Source: a virus. Taken from it: a stretch of 64,000 nucleotides of DNA. Positions within the stretch are counted from its first letter, which is position 1. Every line of letters starts with the position of its first letter. The notes beneath the pieces were generated by a model that ran no database searches, was not told the DNA's origin, and saw only the letters and a program-made list of their open reading frames with translations. Shown here piece after piece: positions 50,090 through 59,900 of the stretch. A program made the position numbers and the translations under genes. Location: IMG/VR virus record IMGVR_UViG_3300048834_000455, positions 25,906-89,905 of that record. The stretch is one strand, 5' to 3'.

Positions 50090-51407
50090 CGCCATCATGA
50101 CCGCCGAAGAGGCGAAGCAGATGAAGGAAGTCATCTCCGGGGTCTCGGATCAGGTCAAGGCCTTCCAGGACACCAACCAAAAGCTCCACGGCTTGCTCGA
50201 GAAGCAGCGCGAGGAGATCAAGGCCACTCGCGAGACCAGCGAGGAAACCAAAGACGCCATCGCCCAGGCTACCAAGACCTACGATGCGCAACTCGCCGAC
50301 CTTCGTGGTAACAGCGATGAGTTCATCAAGAAGTTCGAAGCGTCTTACGACGAGCTGAAGAAGCAGATCGACGAGTTCGAACTTAAGCTCAAAAAGGGCG
50401 GGGTCGGCCTGAGCCTGGTTAATGGCCAGGGCCGCGACTTCAAGTCCATCGCCCAGGACGATGAGAGGTTCTGGGGCTGGAAAGCCAACGGTTCGGCGGC
50501 CAGTCCTCAACTGAGGGTCGGCTCCTTCTGGGGCGGTAAGGCGACCAACGTTCTCGGTCACGCTGACGTAGAGAACGTCATCTCAACCGCTCGCCCACAG
50601 AGCATCTTCTCTCTGCCGGTGCTCCGCTCCGAGCATCTGCGCGACCACATGACCGTCATCAAGACCGATGCGATGGCGATCAACTACATCATGGAGAAGG
50701 AACTGACCCTCGGAGCTGCTACCGTGGCCGCCGAAGGCACCAAGCCGCGCACCACCATCGAGTTCGAGGATGTCACCGAGAACATGAAGGTCATCGCGCA
50801 CGGTATGGTGGTGACCCGCCAGCAGATTCTGCAGCTCGGCGCGCTCATGGACTTCTGTGAGAACCGCCTCCGCACCGGTATCCGCCACGTCGAAGACGTG
50901 CAGATCGTCAAAGGTGACGGCACCGGTTCCAACTACCGTGGCCTGATGAACCGCGTCGGCGTGAAGACGTACAACCGCCATCACACGGGAGACAGCAAGC
51001 TCGACACCCTGCGTCGCGCACAGACCCAGCTTCGCCTCGACGAGTTGCAGCCGGACCTGTACCTGCTGAACCCCGAGGACTGGGAAGACATCGAGCTTCA
51101 GAAGGGGACCGATGACCACTATGTGTGGGCAGCCGTCACCACTGTTCAGGGGCCGATGCTCTGGAAGCTCCCCGTATTCGAGACCACGGCTATCGACGCC
51201 GGAGACTTCCTCACGGGAGCCTTCGCCTACGGTGCGATGATCTACGACCGCGAGGAAGCAACAGTCCAGGTCTTCGAGCAGCACGCCTCGCTGGCCGAGA
51301 CCAACCAGGCTTACGTTCGCGCCGAGCAGTTCTCCATGCTCGTCGTGCCGCTGCCTGGTGCGTTCCTGAAGGGTGAATTCCCGCAGGTCGAAGGCTCCGG
51401 CTCGTAA
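50079..51407 (+). CDS. major capsid protein (HK97 fold with delta domain)
   Basis: N-terminal coiled coil; VAAEGTKP, EDVQIVKGDGTG..YRGL, LNPEDW..IEL.K, LWKLPV, VRAE. Confidence 0.92.
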   Translation: MSANAIMTAEEAKQMKEVISGVSDQVKAFQDTNQKLHGLLEKQREEIKATRETSEETKDAIAQATKTYDAQLADLRGNSDEFIKKFEASYDELKKQIDEFELKLKKGGVGLSLVNGQGRDFKSIAQDDERFWGWKANGSAASPQLRVGSFWGGKATNVLGHADVENVISTARPQSIFSLPVLRSEHLRDHMTVIKTDAMAINYIMEKELTLGAATVAAEGTKPRTTIEFEDVTENMKVIAHGMVVTRQQILQLGALMDFCENRLRTGIRHVEDVQIVKGDGTGSNYRGLMNRVGVKTYNRHHTGDSKLDTLRRAQTQLRLDELQPDLYLLNPEDWEDIELQKGTDDHYVWAAVTTVQGPMLWKLPVFETTAIDAGDFLTGAFAYGAMIYDREEATVQVFEQHASLAETNQAYVRAEQFSMLVVPLPGAFLKGEFPQVEGSGS

Positions 51408-51408
51408 T

Positions 51409-52422
51409 ATGCTGGGGGAGACTCTCTCTGGGGGTCTCCCCCGCATCGGAGCCTACGCTACCGAGTACTACTACATCGACCACCTGGTCTCTATCTGGCT
51501 CGCACTGCCAGAGGAGGCCAGGGGGTCCTGGTGGGTGACCGAGAAAGCCGCCTTCCGTCTCAACGACTACGGGGTGCCGACCGAGTTCGCGCAGGTCTTC
51601 GCTGACCGCGACCGCCTGAAAGGTGCCCTTGCTCGCGACAAAGGCAAAGACCCCATCCTGACCGCCTCGTTCGCGAACTGGCGCGACGTGACCAACGCAG
51701 GGCGCCCCAACCCGTACCTGCCCCACGGTCAAGGCGGGCCAGGAAACGGCAACGACAACTGGCTACGCAACGCACGCAAGCTCGACCTCATGCTGTGCCC
51801 TACGCCCTACGCTACCACGGGCTTTGAAACTCTCTCGACAGCAGTCATCCACGGCCAACCGAAGACCGACCGATGGGTGGGCCACAAGCCGAAGAACGAG
51901 AACCCTGTCGTTGCCATCTCCTTTCGCTGGAGAGAGACAGCGAGCGCCCTTGAGCACTACCGCCCGCATCTGCTCCAATTCGTGGAAGAGGCGCAGGCCT
52001 ATGGGTGGGAGGTGCTTGGCCACGGCCACCCTCTCGCGTTCGAGAAGCGATTCCGTCAGGTTTGGAAGAAGCTCGGAGTTCGTCGAACGGCCGACTTCGA
52101 GAAGGTGCTCAACGAGGCCGACGTCTACGTCGCCGACTGCAGTAGCAGCTCCTTCGAGTTCGCGGCTACTGACCGCCCCGTCGTATTCCTCGACGCCCCT
52201 TGCTACAAGGGATGCAACTTCGCCCCGCGCTTCACTCACGACCGCGCAGGCCTCACCTGTCGCGACCCTCGACAGCTTGCGAGCACCGTCGCTCTAGCCC
52301 TCGCCGACCCCGATCACGTTGCCGCCGCCCGAGAGGATGTTTGCGCCGAGCTTTTCGGCCCTCGGGACGGCCAATCTTCGCAAAGAGCAGCGAGTGCTCT
52401 CCTGGAGTTTTATGGAGCTTGA
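51409..52422 (+). CDS. TagF/TagB-like CDP-polyol phosphotransferase (GT-B fold), copy 1
   Basis: PHG, GQPKTD, GHGHP, ADVYVADCSSSSFEFAATDRPVVFLD and DGQSSQRAA match CDP-glycerol glycerophosphotransferase family patterns (G.PR.D, HP, D.SS..FEF...RP). Confidence 0.72.
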   Translation: MLGETLSGGLPRIGAYATEYYYIDHLVSIWLALPEEARGSWWVTEKAAFRLNDYGVPTEFAQVFADRDRLKGALARDKGKDPILTASFANWRDVTNAGRPNPYLPHGQGGPGNGNDNWLRNARKLDLMLCPTPYATTGFETLSTAVIHGQPKTDRWVGHKPKNENPVVAISFRWRETASALEHYRPHLLQFVEEAQAYGWEVLGHGHPLAFEKRFRQVWKKLGVRRTADFEKVLNEADVYVADCSSSSFEFAATDRPVVFLDAPCYKGCNFAPRFTHDRAGLTCRDPRQLASTVALALADPDHVAAAREDVCAELFGPRDGQSSQRAASALLEFYGA

Positions 52423-53935
52423 GCTAGACATTCTGGCCACGGAACCGCACTTCCGCGACCATCTCCGCCCTGTTCACGAAGCGCTACTAGCAGCGGGCGT
52501 TAAGGCTTCGTGGCATGAGAGCACGGACACGCTCACGCAGCGTAAAGCCACAGGGCTTGCCGCCGCTTATGGGGACCTCGAGAAACTTCGCAAGACCGGC
52601 CGGCAGGTCATCTTCGCCGAGCACGGTGCCGGACAGAGCTACGCGGGGTCGAACCTTTCCCACCACACGAGCTACAGCGGCGGAGGCCACCGACACGGCG
52701 TCATCGCCTTCCTGACCCCGGGCCAGTATTCGACCAAGCGCAACCGCGAGATCCACGCCTGGACGCCCTGCTACGAGGTAGGTTGCCCCAAGCTGGACGC
52801 CTGGGCTGGATTCACCCTGGAGAAGTACCAGAAGCCCCTGGTGGTCATCTCCTGGCACTGGGACTGCATGGTGACCCACGAGACCCGCAGCGCCTTCTAC
52901 GAGTACCGCCAGGCCGTTGTCGAGGTGTCCAAGGGCGCAGAGTTTGACCTCGCCGTCCACTCCCACCCGAGAATCGCTAAGCAGGTCAAGGCGTGGGCTG
53001 AGAGCGTCGGTATCGAGTGGATCGAGACCTTTGACGAGGTGCTGAAGCGCGCGAACGTTTATGCCGTCGATAACAGCTCGACGCTCTTCGAGTTCGCGGC
53101 CACTGGAAGGCCTGTCGCGGTGCTCAACTCCCGCCACTACCGCCGCCACGTGGACCACGGCTTGCGCTTCTGGCGAGAGGCTGGCATCGGTGTCAACTGC
53201 GACAAGCCGGCCGACCTCCACAGGTGCCTGCTGACCGCCTTGTCCGACCCCTTGGAGTATCGCACCGCCCGTGAGGCCAGTGTCCGTAGAGTTTACGGCG
53301 CGCCACTCGGTCAGGCCACGAGCCTGGCAGTCGCCGCCATCATCGAGATCATCAGCGAGGAGAGAGTGATTGTGAGCCAACATAGAGTTAGAGCCAGATC
53401 GAGCGCCATCGGCTATGCCGGGGCCGTCAGCAAGGGGTGGGTCATCGACCTCTACCCCAGTCACGTTGTCGTCACCGACAATCAGGGGCGAGAGTTTACC
53501 CGAGACTACGCACCAAAGGGCAACTGCGACCCCGAGTACCGCGCTAGAGAAATGGTCGGCACTGGTGTCTATGACCCCATCGCGGTGCCCAGGACCGCCC
53601 CTCTCGGCACCGTCTCGACCCCGCCCAGGCCCTCCGAGAACAAGATTGCGCCGCCTCCGCAGGAACACAAGCAGACGCCTCCTCATGCGGTCGGTGCTGA
53701 TGCGAAGCCGCCCCACCTCGCCGACGAAGCCGAAGACGCTCTAGATGAAGAGGCGCTAGATGAGGCCATCCTTGAGTGCGTGCGCCAGGGCCAAGGCAAG
53801 ACCGCGACCAAGAAAGAGCTTGGCGCGACAGAGGCTTTCACGCAGAATCAAGTCGTCGAGGCCTGGAATCGACTTCAGGAGAACGGTGACATCGTCGAGG
53901 GAGACAAGCCCGGCACCTACAAGGTCGCGGAGTAA
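52412..53935 (+). CDS. TagF/TagB-like CDP-polyol phosphotransferase (GT-B fold), copy 2, with a ~190-aa C-terminal extension
   Basis: EHGAGQSY, GCPKLD, HSHP, AVDNSSTLFEFAATGRPVAVLN; paralogous to the preceding gene. Confidence 0.72.
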   Translation: MELELDILATEPHFRDHLRPVHEALLAAGVKASWHESTDTLTQRKATGLAAAYGDLEKLRKTGRQVIFAEHGAGQSYAGSNLSHHTSYSGGGHRHGVIAFLTPGQYSTKRNREIHAWTPCYEVGCPKLDAWAGFTLEKYQKPLVVISWHWDCMVTHETRSAFYEYRQAVVEVSKGAEFDLAVHSHPRIAKQVKAWAESVGIEWIETFDEVLKRANVYAVDNSSTLFEFAATGRPVAVLNSRHYRRHVDHGLRFWREAGIGVNCDKPADLHRCLLTALSDPLEYRTAREASVRRVYGAPLGQATSLAVAAIIEIISEERVIVSQHRVRARSSAIGYAGAVSKGWVIDLYPSHVVVTDNQGREFTRDYAPKGNCDPEYRAREMVGTGVYDPIAVPRTAPLGTVSTPPRPSENKIAPPPQEHKQTPPHAVGADAKPPHLADEAEDALDEEALDEAILECVRQGQGKTATKKELGATEAFTQNQVVEAWNRLQENGDIVEGDKPGTYKVAE

Positions 53936-53938
53936 TCC

Positions 53939-54268
53939 TTGGGCGCCATCTCCGACCGCTCAGGCGTTGACCTTGACGCGATCAAGCGCTTCCTCAACAT
54001 CAACGGCACCGCCGAGGATACGGACTTAGAGGAGATGCTGGCCGAGGCCAAGGATCTGGCCGACCAGCACTGCGACAACGAGTTCCTCGACGCCGACGAC
54101 GAGGAGGGTCCGATTCCCCCTCGCGTTGAGCGCTGGATCAAGGCCACAGTGGCGCGATTCTACGAGATTCGCGAGAACGGCAAGAAGTCGGAGTCGGTGA
54201 ACGGCGTTGGTGGCGTTGACTACGGCGACGTGGACTACAGCGGCCTGACATGGATACCGTACCTGTGA
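53939..54268 (+). CDS. head-tail connector (HK97 gp6-like)
   Basis: LDAIKRFLNI...ED..LEEML..A, VARFYEIRE; position after the capsid module. Confidence 0.75.
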   Translation: MGAISDRSGVDLDAIKRFLNINGTAEDTDLEEMLAEAKDLADQHCDNEFLDADDEEGPIPPRVERWIKATVARFYEIRENGKKSESVNGVGGVDYGDVDYSGLTWIPYL

Positions 54269-54621
54269 TCGGCGCCTCTGCTTTCCGCGACACCGTGAAG
54301 ATCTTCGAGCGGATGGATTCGCGGGTACCAACCGGGACCCAGCCAACCTTCGCCCTTGTCGACACCTGGAAAGCCTGCGTCATCGAGCTTAACGCTAGGG
54401 CGCGCAAGGCTTACGGCAGCCTGGAGTCCGAGGTCACGCACGAGATCAAGATGCGGGGCACCCCCGAATTCAGGATGGGTCGAACCGAGTTCGAGGTGGG
54501 CGCGCTACGTTTGAAGCCGCTGGCTCCTCCTCGAGTTCCGGGGCATCACCGCAGACCCATCACGCTCATCCCGTGCAAGGACGTGACCCAGAATCGACCA
54601 CCGGAAGGGAGCGGCTCATGA
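54265..54621 (+). CDS. head closure / head-tail adaptor
   Basis: Synteny; W.ACV...VTHEIKMR beta-rich pattern. Confidence 0.6.
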   Translation: MIGASAFRDTVKIFERMDSRVPTGTQPTFALVDTWKACVIELNARARKAYGSLESEVTHEIKMRGTPEFRMGRTEFEVGALRLKPLAPPRVPGHHRRPITLIPCKDVTQNRPPEGSGS

Positions 54622-55028
54622 AGGCAGTCTTTCAAAGCTTTAAAGCCAAGGCTATCGGCTTGATTCAGGGCGTCTCCGAGGAGCGAACCTTCGCGGTCGC
54701 CAACTCGCTGCGCACGCACATCCTGATTTCCCTCTCCAACGACCCGCCGCGCACAGGCCGCACCTACAGGGTGCCGGGCACGAATGTCTTCTATACCGCG
54801 TCGTCGCCCGGTGAATACCCGGCACTGGCCACGGGCGAGCTGCGAAAGTCGGTTGCCAAGGCTGGGGTCAGTGTGACCAAGGGCTTCGGCGGCGTCAGGG
54901 CCAGCTTCAACCCTGGCGTGGCGCCTCACGGTATCGAGTTAGAGAAAGGCCTGCGCCCCTGGTTCAGCAAGGCCGCTGCGGAGAAGCAGGCTGACATGGA
55001 AGCGCAGCTCAAGCGGAAGTGGTTCTAG
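54618..55028 (+). CDS. HK97 gp10-like neck protein
   Basis: YTASSPGEYPALATGELRKS, LEKG.RPW. Confidence 0.7.
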   Translation: MKAVFQSFKAKAIGLIQGVSEERTFAVANSLRTHILISLSNDPPRTGRTYRVPGTNVFYTASSPGEYPALATGELRKSVAKAGVSVTKGFGGVRASFNPGVAPHGIELEKGLRPWFSKAAAEKQADMEAQLKRKWF

Positions 55029-55029
55029 C

Positions 55030-55443
55030 GTGACCAGCCACGAGAGCTTCCTGACCACGGTTTACAACCGGGTGACGCAAGACGCCGTTCTCCAAGAGCT
55101 TAGCGGCGGGGAGGTTCGCCTCTTCCACAAGATGGCCACCCCTGACCCGCCGTTCCCCTACCACGTCTACAAGCTCAGGTTCGAGCTTGTAGACGAGATC
55201 ATTGCCGATGGGCAGTTGCTCTGGGACGTGTGGGATTACCACCCCGACTCCGCCCGTGCCCTGCAGATGGGCGCGAGAGTCAAACAGCTTCTCCACAACC
55301 ACGTCGACATCGCCCTGTATGGCGCGAGTCTGGCGTTCGCACGGATGGACACCGTGGAGACTGACAACGAAGAAGTTCAGCGCGTGGCGCTCAGGTTCTC
55401 GACCTTCTGGCCGGACCTGGACCTCGTGCAAACACCCGGCTGA
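55030..55443 (+). CDS. tail terminator / tail completion protein
   Basis: VYNRV..D..L, PPFPY.V, DVWD; located just before the major tail gene. Confidence 0.65.
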   Translation: MTSHESFLTTVYNRVTQDAVLQELSGGEVRLFHKMATPDPPFPYHVYKLRFELVDEIIADGQLLWDVWDYHPDSARALQMGARVKQLLHNHVDIALYGASLAFARMDTVETDNEEVQRVALRFSTFWPDLDLVQTPG

Positions 55444-55465
55444 CCCCCGGATCATAACAAACGCC

Positions 55466-55490
55466 AAGGGCTCCATACGGGGCCCTTTTT
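55466..55490 (+). terminator. terminator-like hairpin before the major tail gene
   Basis: AAGGGCTCC-ATAC-GGGGCCCTT followed by TTT. Confidence 0.6.
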
Positions 55491-55505
55491 CATTGAGGAG
55501 GCCCG

Positions 55506-56171
55506 ATGTCTTTAGCGATTCAGTTGACGGCGCTCACGGAGGATACTCCCGAGCGCCTGGTAGTGCATTCCGGGGTGATGTACCGAAACATCAACATTGC
55601 CGAGCTTGAAGCGGCGGACGGCACTTTCGCCGACGCCATCAACCCGGAGAACACCTGGACCCAGAGCGGCAGAACGTTCACGCCTGAGCCCTTCGGCGCC
55701 ACCAAACAGGGCTTCACTATCGAGACCGGCATGCCCGTCGAGCCCATCCCTGACGTAGATGGCGCCCTCGGACCGACCGTAGGCCTCATGGAGGTGACCA
55801 GCTTCGCGCCGACTTTCGCCGGCAACCTCCTCGAGATGGCCGACTACCGCAAGATGAAAGAGGGCCTGGCTGCTGCCGACGCCTCCTTGACGGCGAGCGG
55901 GCTGTGGAAGATCGAGCCTCGCGCTTACGTCACCAAGAACGACCACCTCGGCAACCTCGCGGTGTTCTGTCAGACCTCGAACCCGAACACCAATCATCTC
56001 TGGCTAGCGGTGCTGTTCAATCCGATTGGCGGCGCCTCTTCGATTCAGCTCACCCGGGGCGCCAACGTGCTGCCGGTGACCTACCGCGGATGTGCAAGCC
56101 TGAGCGCCTCCACTCAGCCACCCATTCGCTTCTACGTTCCTCGCAACGCTGCAGACGGAAGCGGTAGCTAA
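55506..56171 (+). CDS. major tail (tube) protein
   Basis: Strong SD GAGGAGG; TP..L...G..Y.N, FGATKQG, VDG..G pattern; precedes the chaperone and tape measure genes. Confidence 0.75.
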   Translation: MSLAIQLTALTEDTPERLVVHSGVMYRNINIAELEAADGTFADAINPENTWTQSGRTFTPEPFGATKQGFTIETGMPVEPIPDVDGALGPTVGLMEVTSFAPTFAGNLLEMADYRKMKEGLAAADASLTASGLWKIEPRAYVTKNDHLGNLAVFCQTSNPNTNHLWLAVLFNPIGGASSIQLTRGANVLPVTYRGCASLSASTQPPIRFYVPRNAADGSGS

Positions 56172-56596
56172 TGCGCGGTCACCTCGTTACGCTAGAGGTT
56201 GCTGGCGAAGTCGAGATCAGGCGGCTCTCTCCTGGAGACGCCGACCAGATCCTCGACATCCTCTCGTCCGTCATCCAGGGCGCCGCGAACCGGCAACTGT
56301 TGACCGGCGTACCCTTCGACCTCTCGAACCCTGCCTCGGTGTTCGCCACCTTTCTCTCTGGCCTCCATGTGGCGCGCAAGCAGGCTCGCGAGTTCGTGAT
56401 TTCGCTGCTGGCGGAGGATGTTCGTCCTCAAGTCACATTCGGAGACCTCGGCACGCTGCTTACGGCAATGACCACCCACCCGGATGTCGTTGGTTTTTTC
56501 GCCAACGCGCGGCCGGCCCTGGAAAGCCCGCTGGCCGCGCATCTACGAGAGCAGTTCAAGACGACGACGCCAGAAGAGACCGCGCCCGAGTCTTAG
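56171..56596 (+). CDS. tail assembly chaperone (gpG-like)
   Basis: Between the tail tube and tape measure genes; contains a slippery heptamer. Confidence 0.7.
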   Translation: MRGHLVTLEVAGEVEIRRLSPGDADQILDILSSVIQGAANRQLLTGVPFDLSNPASVFATFLSGLHVARKQAREFVISLLAEDVRPQVTFGDLGTLLTAMTTHPDVVGFFANARPALESPLAAHLREQFKTTTPEETAPES

Positions 56597-56943
56597 ACCT
56601 CGTCTGCGCCCGCTATGGGTGGACCGAGGATTATATCTTCCACGACTACCGCACGCACGTCGGCCCCTATCTCTCTTACGAGCGATGGATCGAGGTGATC
56701 GAGGCGGTGGTGGACGCGAAAGTCCGCGAGCGTCGGGACGCCTGGCAGCAGTCGGCGTTCGTGGCGTGGAGCCAGTACTTCTTCCAGCCTCGCCACTCCG
56801 AGTCATCGGAGCGGGCGAGCTATGGGGAGTGGCTGGAGATGTTCGGCCTAGCCGACCCCGACAGCGCAGAGCCCGAGCAGACTCCTGAAGAGGTCTTGGC
56901 CGGCGCACGCGAGCTTATGGCTCAGTTTGGAGTAGACCTTTAA
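56494..56943 (+). CDS. -1 frameshift extension of the tail chaperone (gpGT-like)
   Basis: T-TTT-TTC at 56494-56500 in X XXY YYZ phase; the -1 frame is open to TAA at 56943 (...LDLVCARYGWTEDYIF...). Confidence 0.75.
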   Translation, partial: FFRQRAAGPGKPAGRASTRAVQDDDARRDRARVLDLVCARYGWTEDYIFHDYRTHVGPYLSYERWIEVIEAVVDAKVRERRDAWQQSAFVAWSQYFFQPRHSESSERASYGEWLEMFGLADPDSAEPEQTPEEVLAGARELMAQFGVDL

Positions 56944-59900
56944 TGGCACTTGGTGAAGTTTTCAGCTTAAAAGCCGTGATCGAAGTCATCACGGGTGGTG
57001 CCGAGCAGAAGATCGACTCCGTCGAGAAATCAGGCCGTCGCCTTGGGCAGACCTTCGGGTCCTCGTTCAAGGGGGCGGCCACTTCTATGCTCGCCTTCGT
57101 TGGGGCGGCGTCCGCGATTCAGGCGGTGGGCAACGCGGTAAACGGCGCGGTCAATGCCACCATCACCTTTGAGAAGGGCGCCCGCCAACTCAACACCATC
57201 CTGAAGCTCAACGAGAAGCAGCTAGCAGACTACACCGAGAGCATCCGCACCCTTGGTACCGAGCTAGACATCAACGTCTCTGCGACCGAGGCCATGGCAG
57301 CCGCTTACGACGTGGCGCAGGCAGGCTTCACGAAGGCTGCCGACAACGCCCTGGTGATGGAGACAGCGCTGAAGACTTCGGCTGCTGCTGGCGTCTCTGC
57401 TTCTCTCGCTGCCAACCAGATTTCTGGAACGCTCAAGGCTTACGGGCTGGCCGCTACGGATGCGCAACGGGTCTCTGACGTGTACTTCAAGACCATCGAG
57501 ACCGGTATCATAACGTTCGAGCAATTCGAGCACGGATTGGGCGCCGCCAACGCCGTTGCCGCTTCTGCTGGAGTGTCATTCGAAGAGGTGATGGCGGCCG
57601 TTGCAACCGCGACCGGCCAGGGCATCAAGGCCAGCACGGCCTTCGACGGCATCAAGACCTCTATTGCCAACCTAAGTGCGCCTTTGGACTCCCAGAAGAA
57701 GGCAATGGCCGAGTACGGGATCGTCATCGACCAGAACACGCTTCGCCAAAATGGCTACCAGCAGACGATAATCGATATCGTCAAGGCGACCGGTGGAAAC
57801 AGCTCCGCGTTACGCAATATTCTTGGAGACGTTACCGCCTATCAGCTCGCTCTCTCTCTGATCTCCAACGAGGGGAAGATCGCGGCCGACAACCTCCGCG
57901 ACATGAACAACGCGCTTGGAGCTCAAGAAGCGGCCCTGGTCGAGATGCGCAAGAGCACCTCCTTCCAGCTCGACCAGATGAAGGCAGCGGCCGAGGGCCT
58001 GGGCATCGCGCTGGTCAGCAATTTCGGTGGGCCTGCAACCCAGGCGATTCAGACCGTCACCGCCGCCCTCGTCGAGATGGACAAGTTTGTGAAGAGCCTG
58101 TCCAAGGGCGAGGGCGGTCTTCTCGGGGCCTTGACTCGCGGTTTCCAGAACACGTTCCCGGCCACGGCGCAAATGCTATCAGAGTTGGGCGACACATTGT
58201 TGGAACTGGTTGGAATGGTCCAGAACTGGTTCGCAGCCTTTGGCGGGCCCGAGGCCACCGCCGCGACCACGGCTGTTGACTTCCTGTTGTCCTCCATCCT
58301 CAAACTAGCCGACATCTTGGCCAACGCCATCGGCCTGGCCGGCAAGCTCTTAGAGGGAGTCGTCGTTTGGGCGCGAGACCTCTCAACCGTCTTGGGCGCA
58401 ACGTTCGCAGTCATGGGCCAGGCTTGGGCCCAGGTGGTGGACGGCATGTCCGGGATCTTTGAAAACTTCGCCTATGTTGTCGAGAGCGTCTGGAAGGGTG
58501 TTATCGACGGCATCTTGGGCACCATTAAGGCTCTCCCGGACCAGTTCCGGGGCGTCTTTGCTGGCATTGAGAAGGACCTGGAGAAGGCCAGCGACTCCTT
58601 CAAGGCCAAGGCTCCCAAGGCGGGTTTTGTCGATAGCGTCTCCAAGATTGTAGGCGCCCCCGAATTCGTTCGAGAAAACCTCCCCCAGACCATCGCCGAC
58701 GCTAGGGCCACCAACGCCCGGCCGGCACCAGTCAAGGCCGCAACGCCCGAGCAGGCCAAAAAGGCGCAGGCGGCCATTAGTGGCCTCTTTGGTGGCGTCA
58801 AGGACTTCCTGACCACCGGCAAGCTTCCGGTTGCAGAGAAGGCCGTTGCTGCCCCCGGTGCGCCAGCCGCCATTCCCGCCCTGCCTCCTCCCGATCCAGC
58901 AGCCGCCACCAAGGATATCGAGGCGAGAGCGGACGCTATCAAGAACGAGCTTTCGCTGGAGAAGATTTCCCTGGCCGAGGGCGCCAAGCGATATCAGGCC
59001 CTGTTCAAGGAAGCCCAGAAGGCCAAGCTCAGCGGCGAGGACCTCCACAAGGTGGAGCAAGCCCTCTTCGACGTTCGCCAGAAGATGTTCGACCAGTCCG
59101 AGAAGGCCATGAAAGCCACCGAGGAGCTTCGCGTTGAGCGGACTAAGCTTGTCCAGGGAGAGACCGCAGGCCTACTGGCCGCTCTTGACATCGAGAAGCG
59201 TGAACGTGCGAAGGCCGGCGCCGAATCCGTGGAGCTCGAAGCGTGGTATGGTGCGCAGCGTATCGCCATCTTTAAGGCCGACGCCGAGAAGAAGGCCGAG
59301 ACCGCAAAGAAGCTTGTTGACGCTCAGAACGCCCTCGCTGACTCCGCCGCCAAGGCGAACCAAGACGCACTAGTGGCCAGCGACAAGCCCGAGGAAGCCG
59401 CCCTGGCTGGTCTCGAGCAGCAGAAGGCCGAGATGATGCGCGGTTTGCTGGAGCAGAAAGATGCCATCATCAAGGCGGGTGGCGACAAGCTCAAGGCCGA
59501 GCAGGACTACCAAGCCGCGGTGCTCGCCAACGAGCGCTCTTATCAAGCGCAGCGCCTCAAGATTACCAAGGATGCCGCAAAGGAGCGCAATCAAGCCGAG
59601 ACTAGCGCCAAGGTGACCATCCTGAAGAACGAGGCCGCCTCTTCGGACAACCCCGAGGAGGCGCGCAAGAAGAACCTCGAGGCTGAGAACATCGAGCGCC
59701 TGCAGCAGATCAAGGGACAGGTGGAAGCCTACCGCACGGCCGGCGTGGATCAGTTGGTCATTGACCGCTACATTGCTAGCGAGCAGAAGAAGATCAAGGC
59801 CGAAGCCGAGGGCGGCAAGGCGGATGAGAAGGGCAAGGGCAACCAGAGCCCGGTGCAGTCGATCCAAGAAGCCTTCGCCGGGATGAACAAGCTCGGCTTC

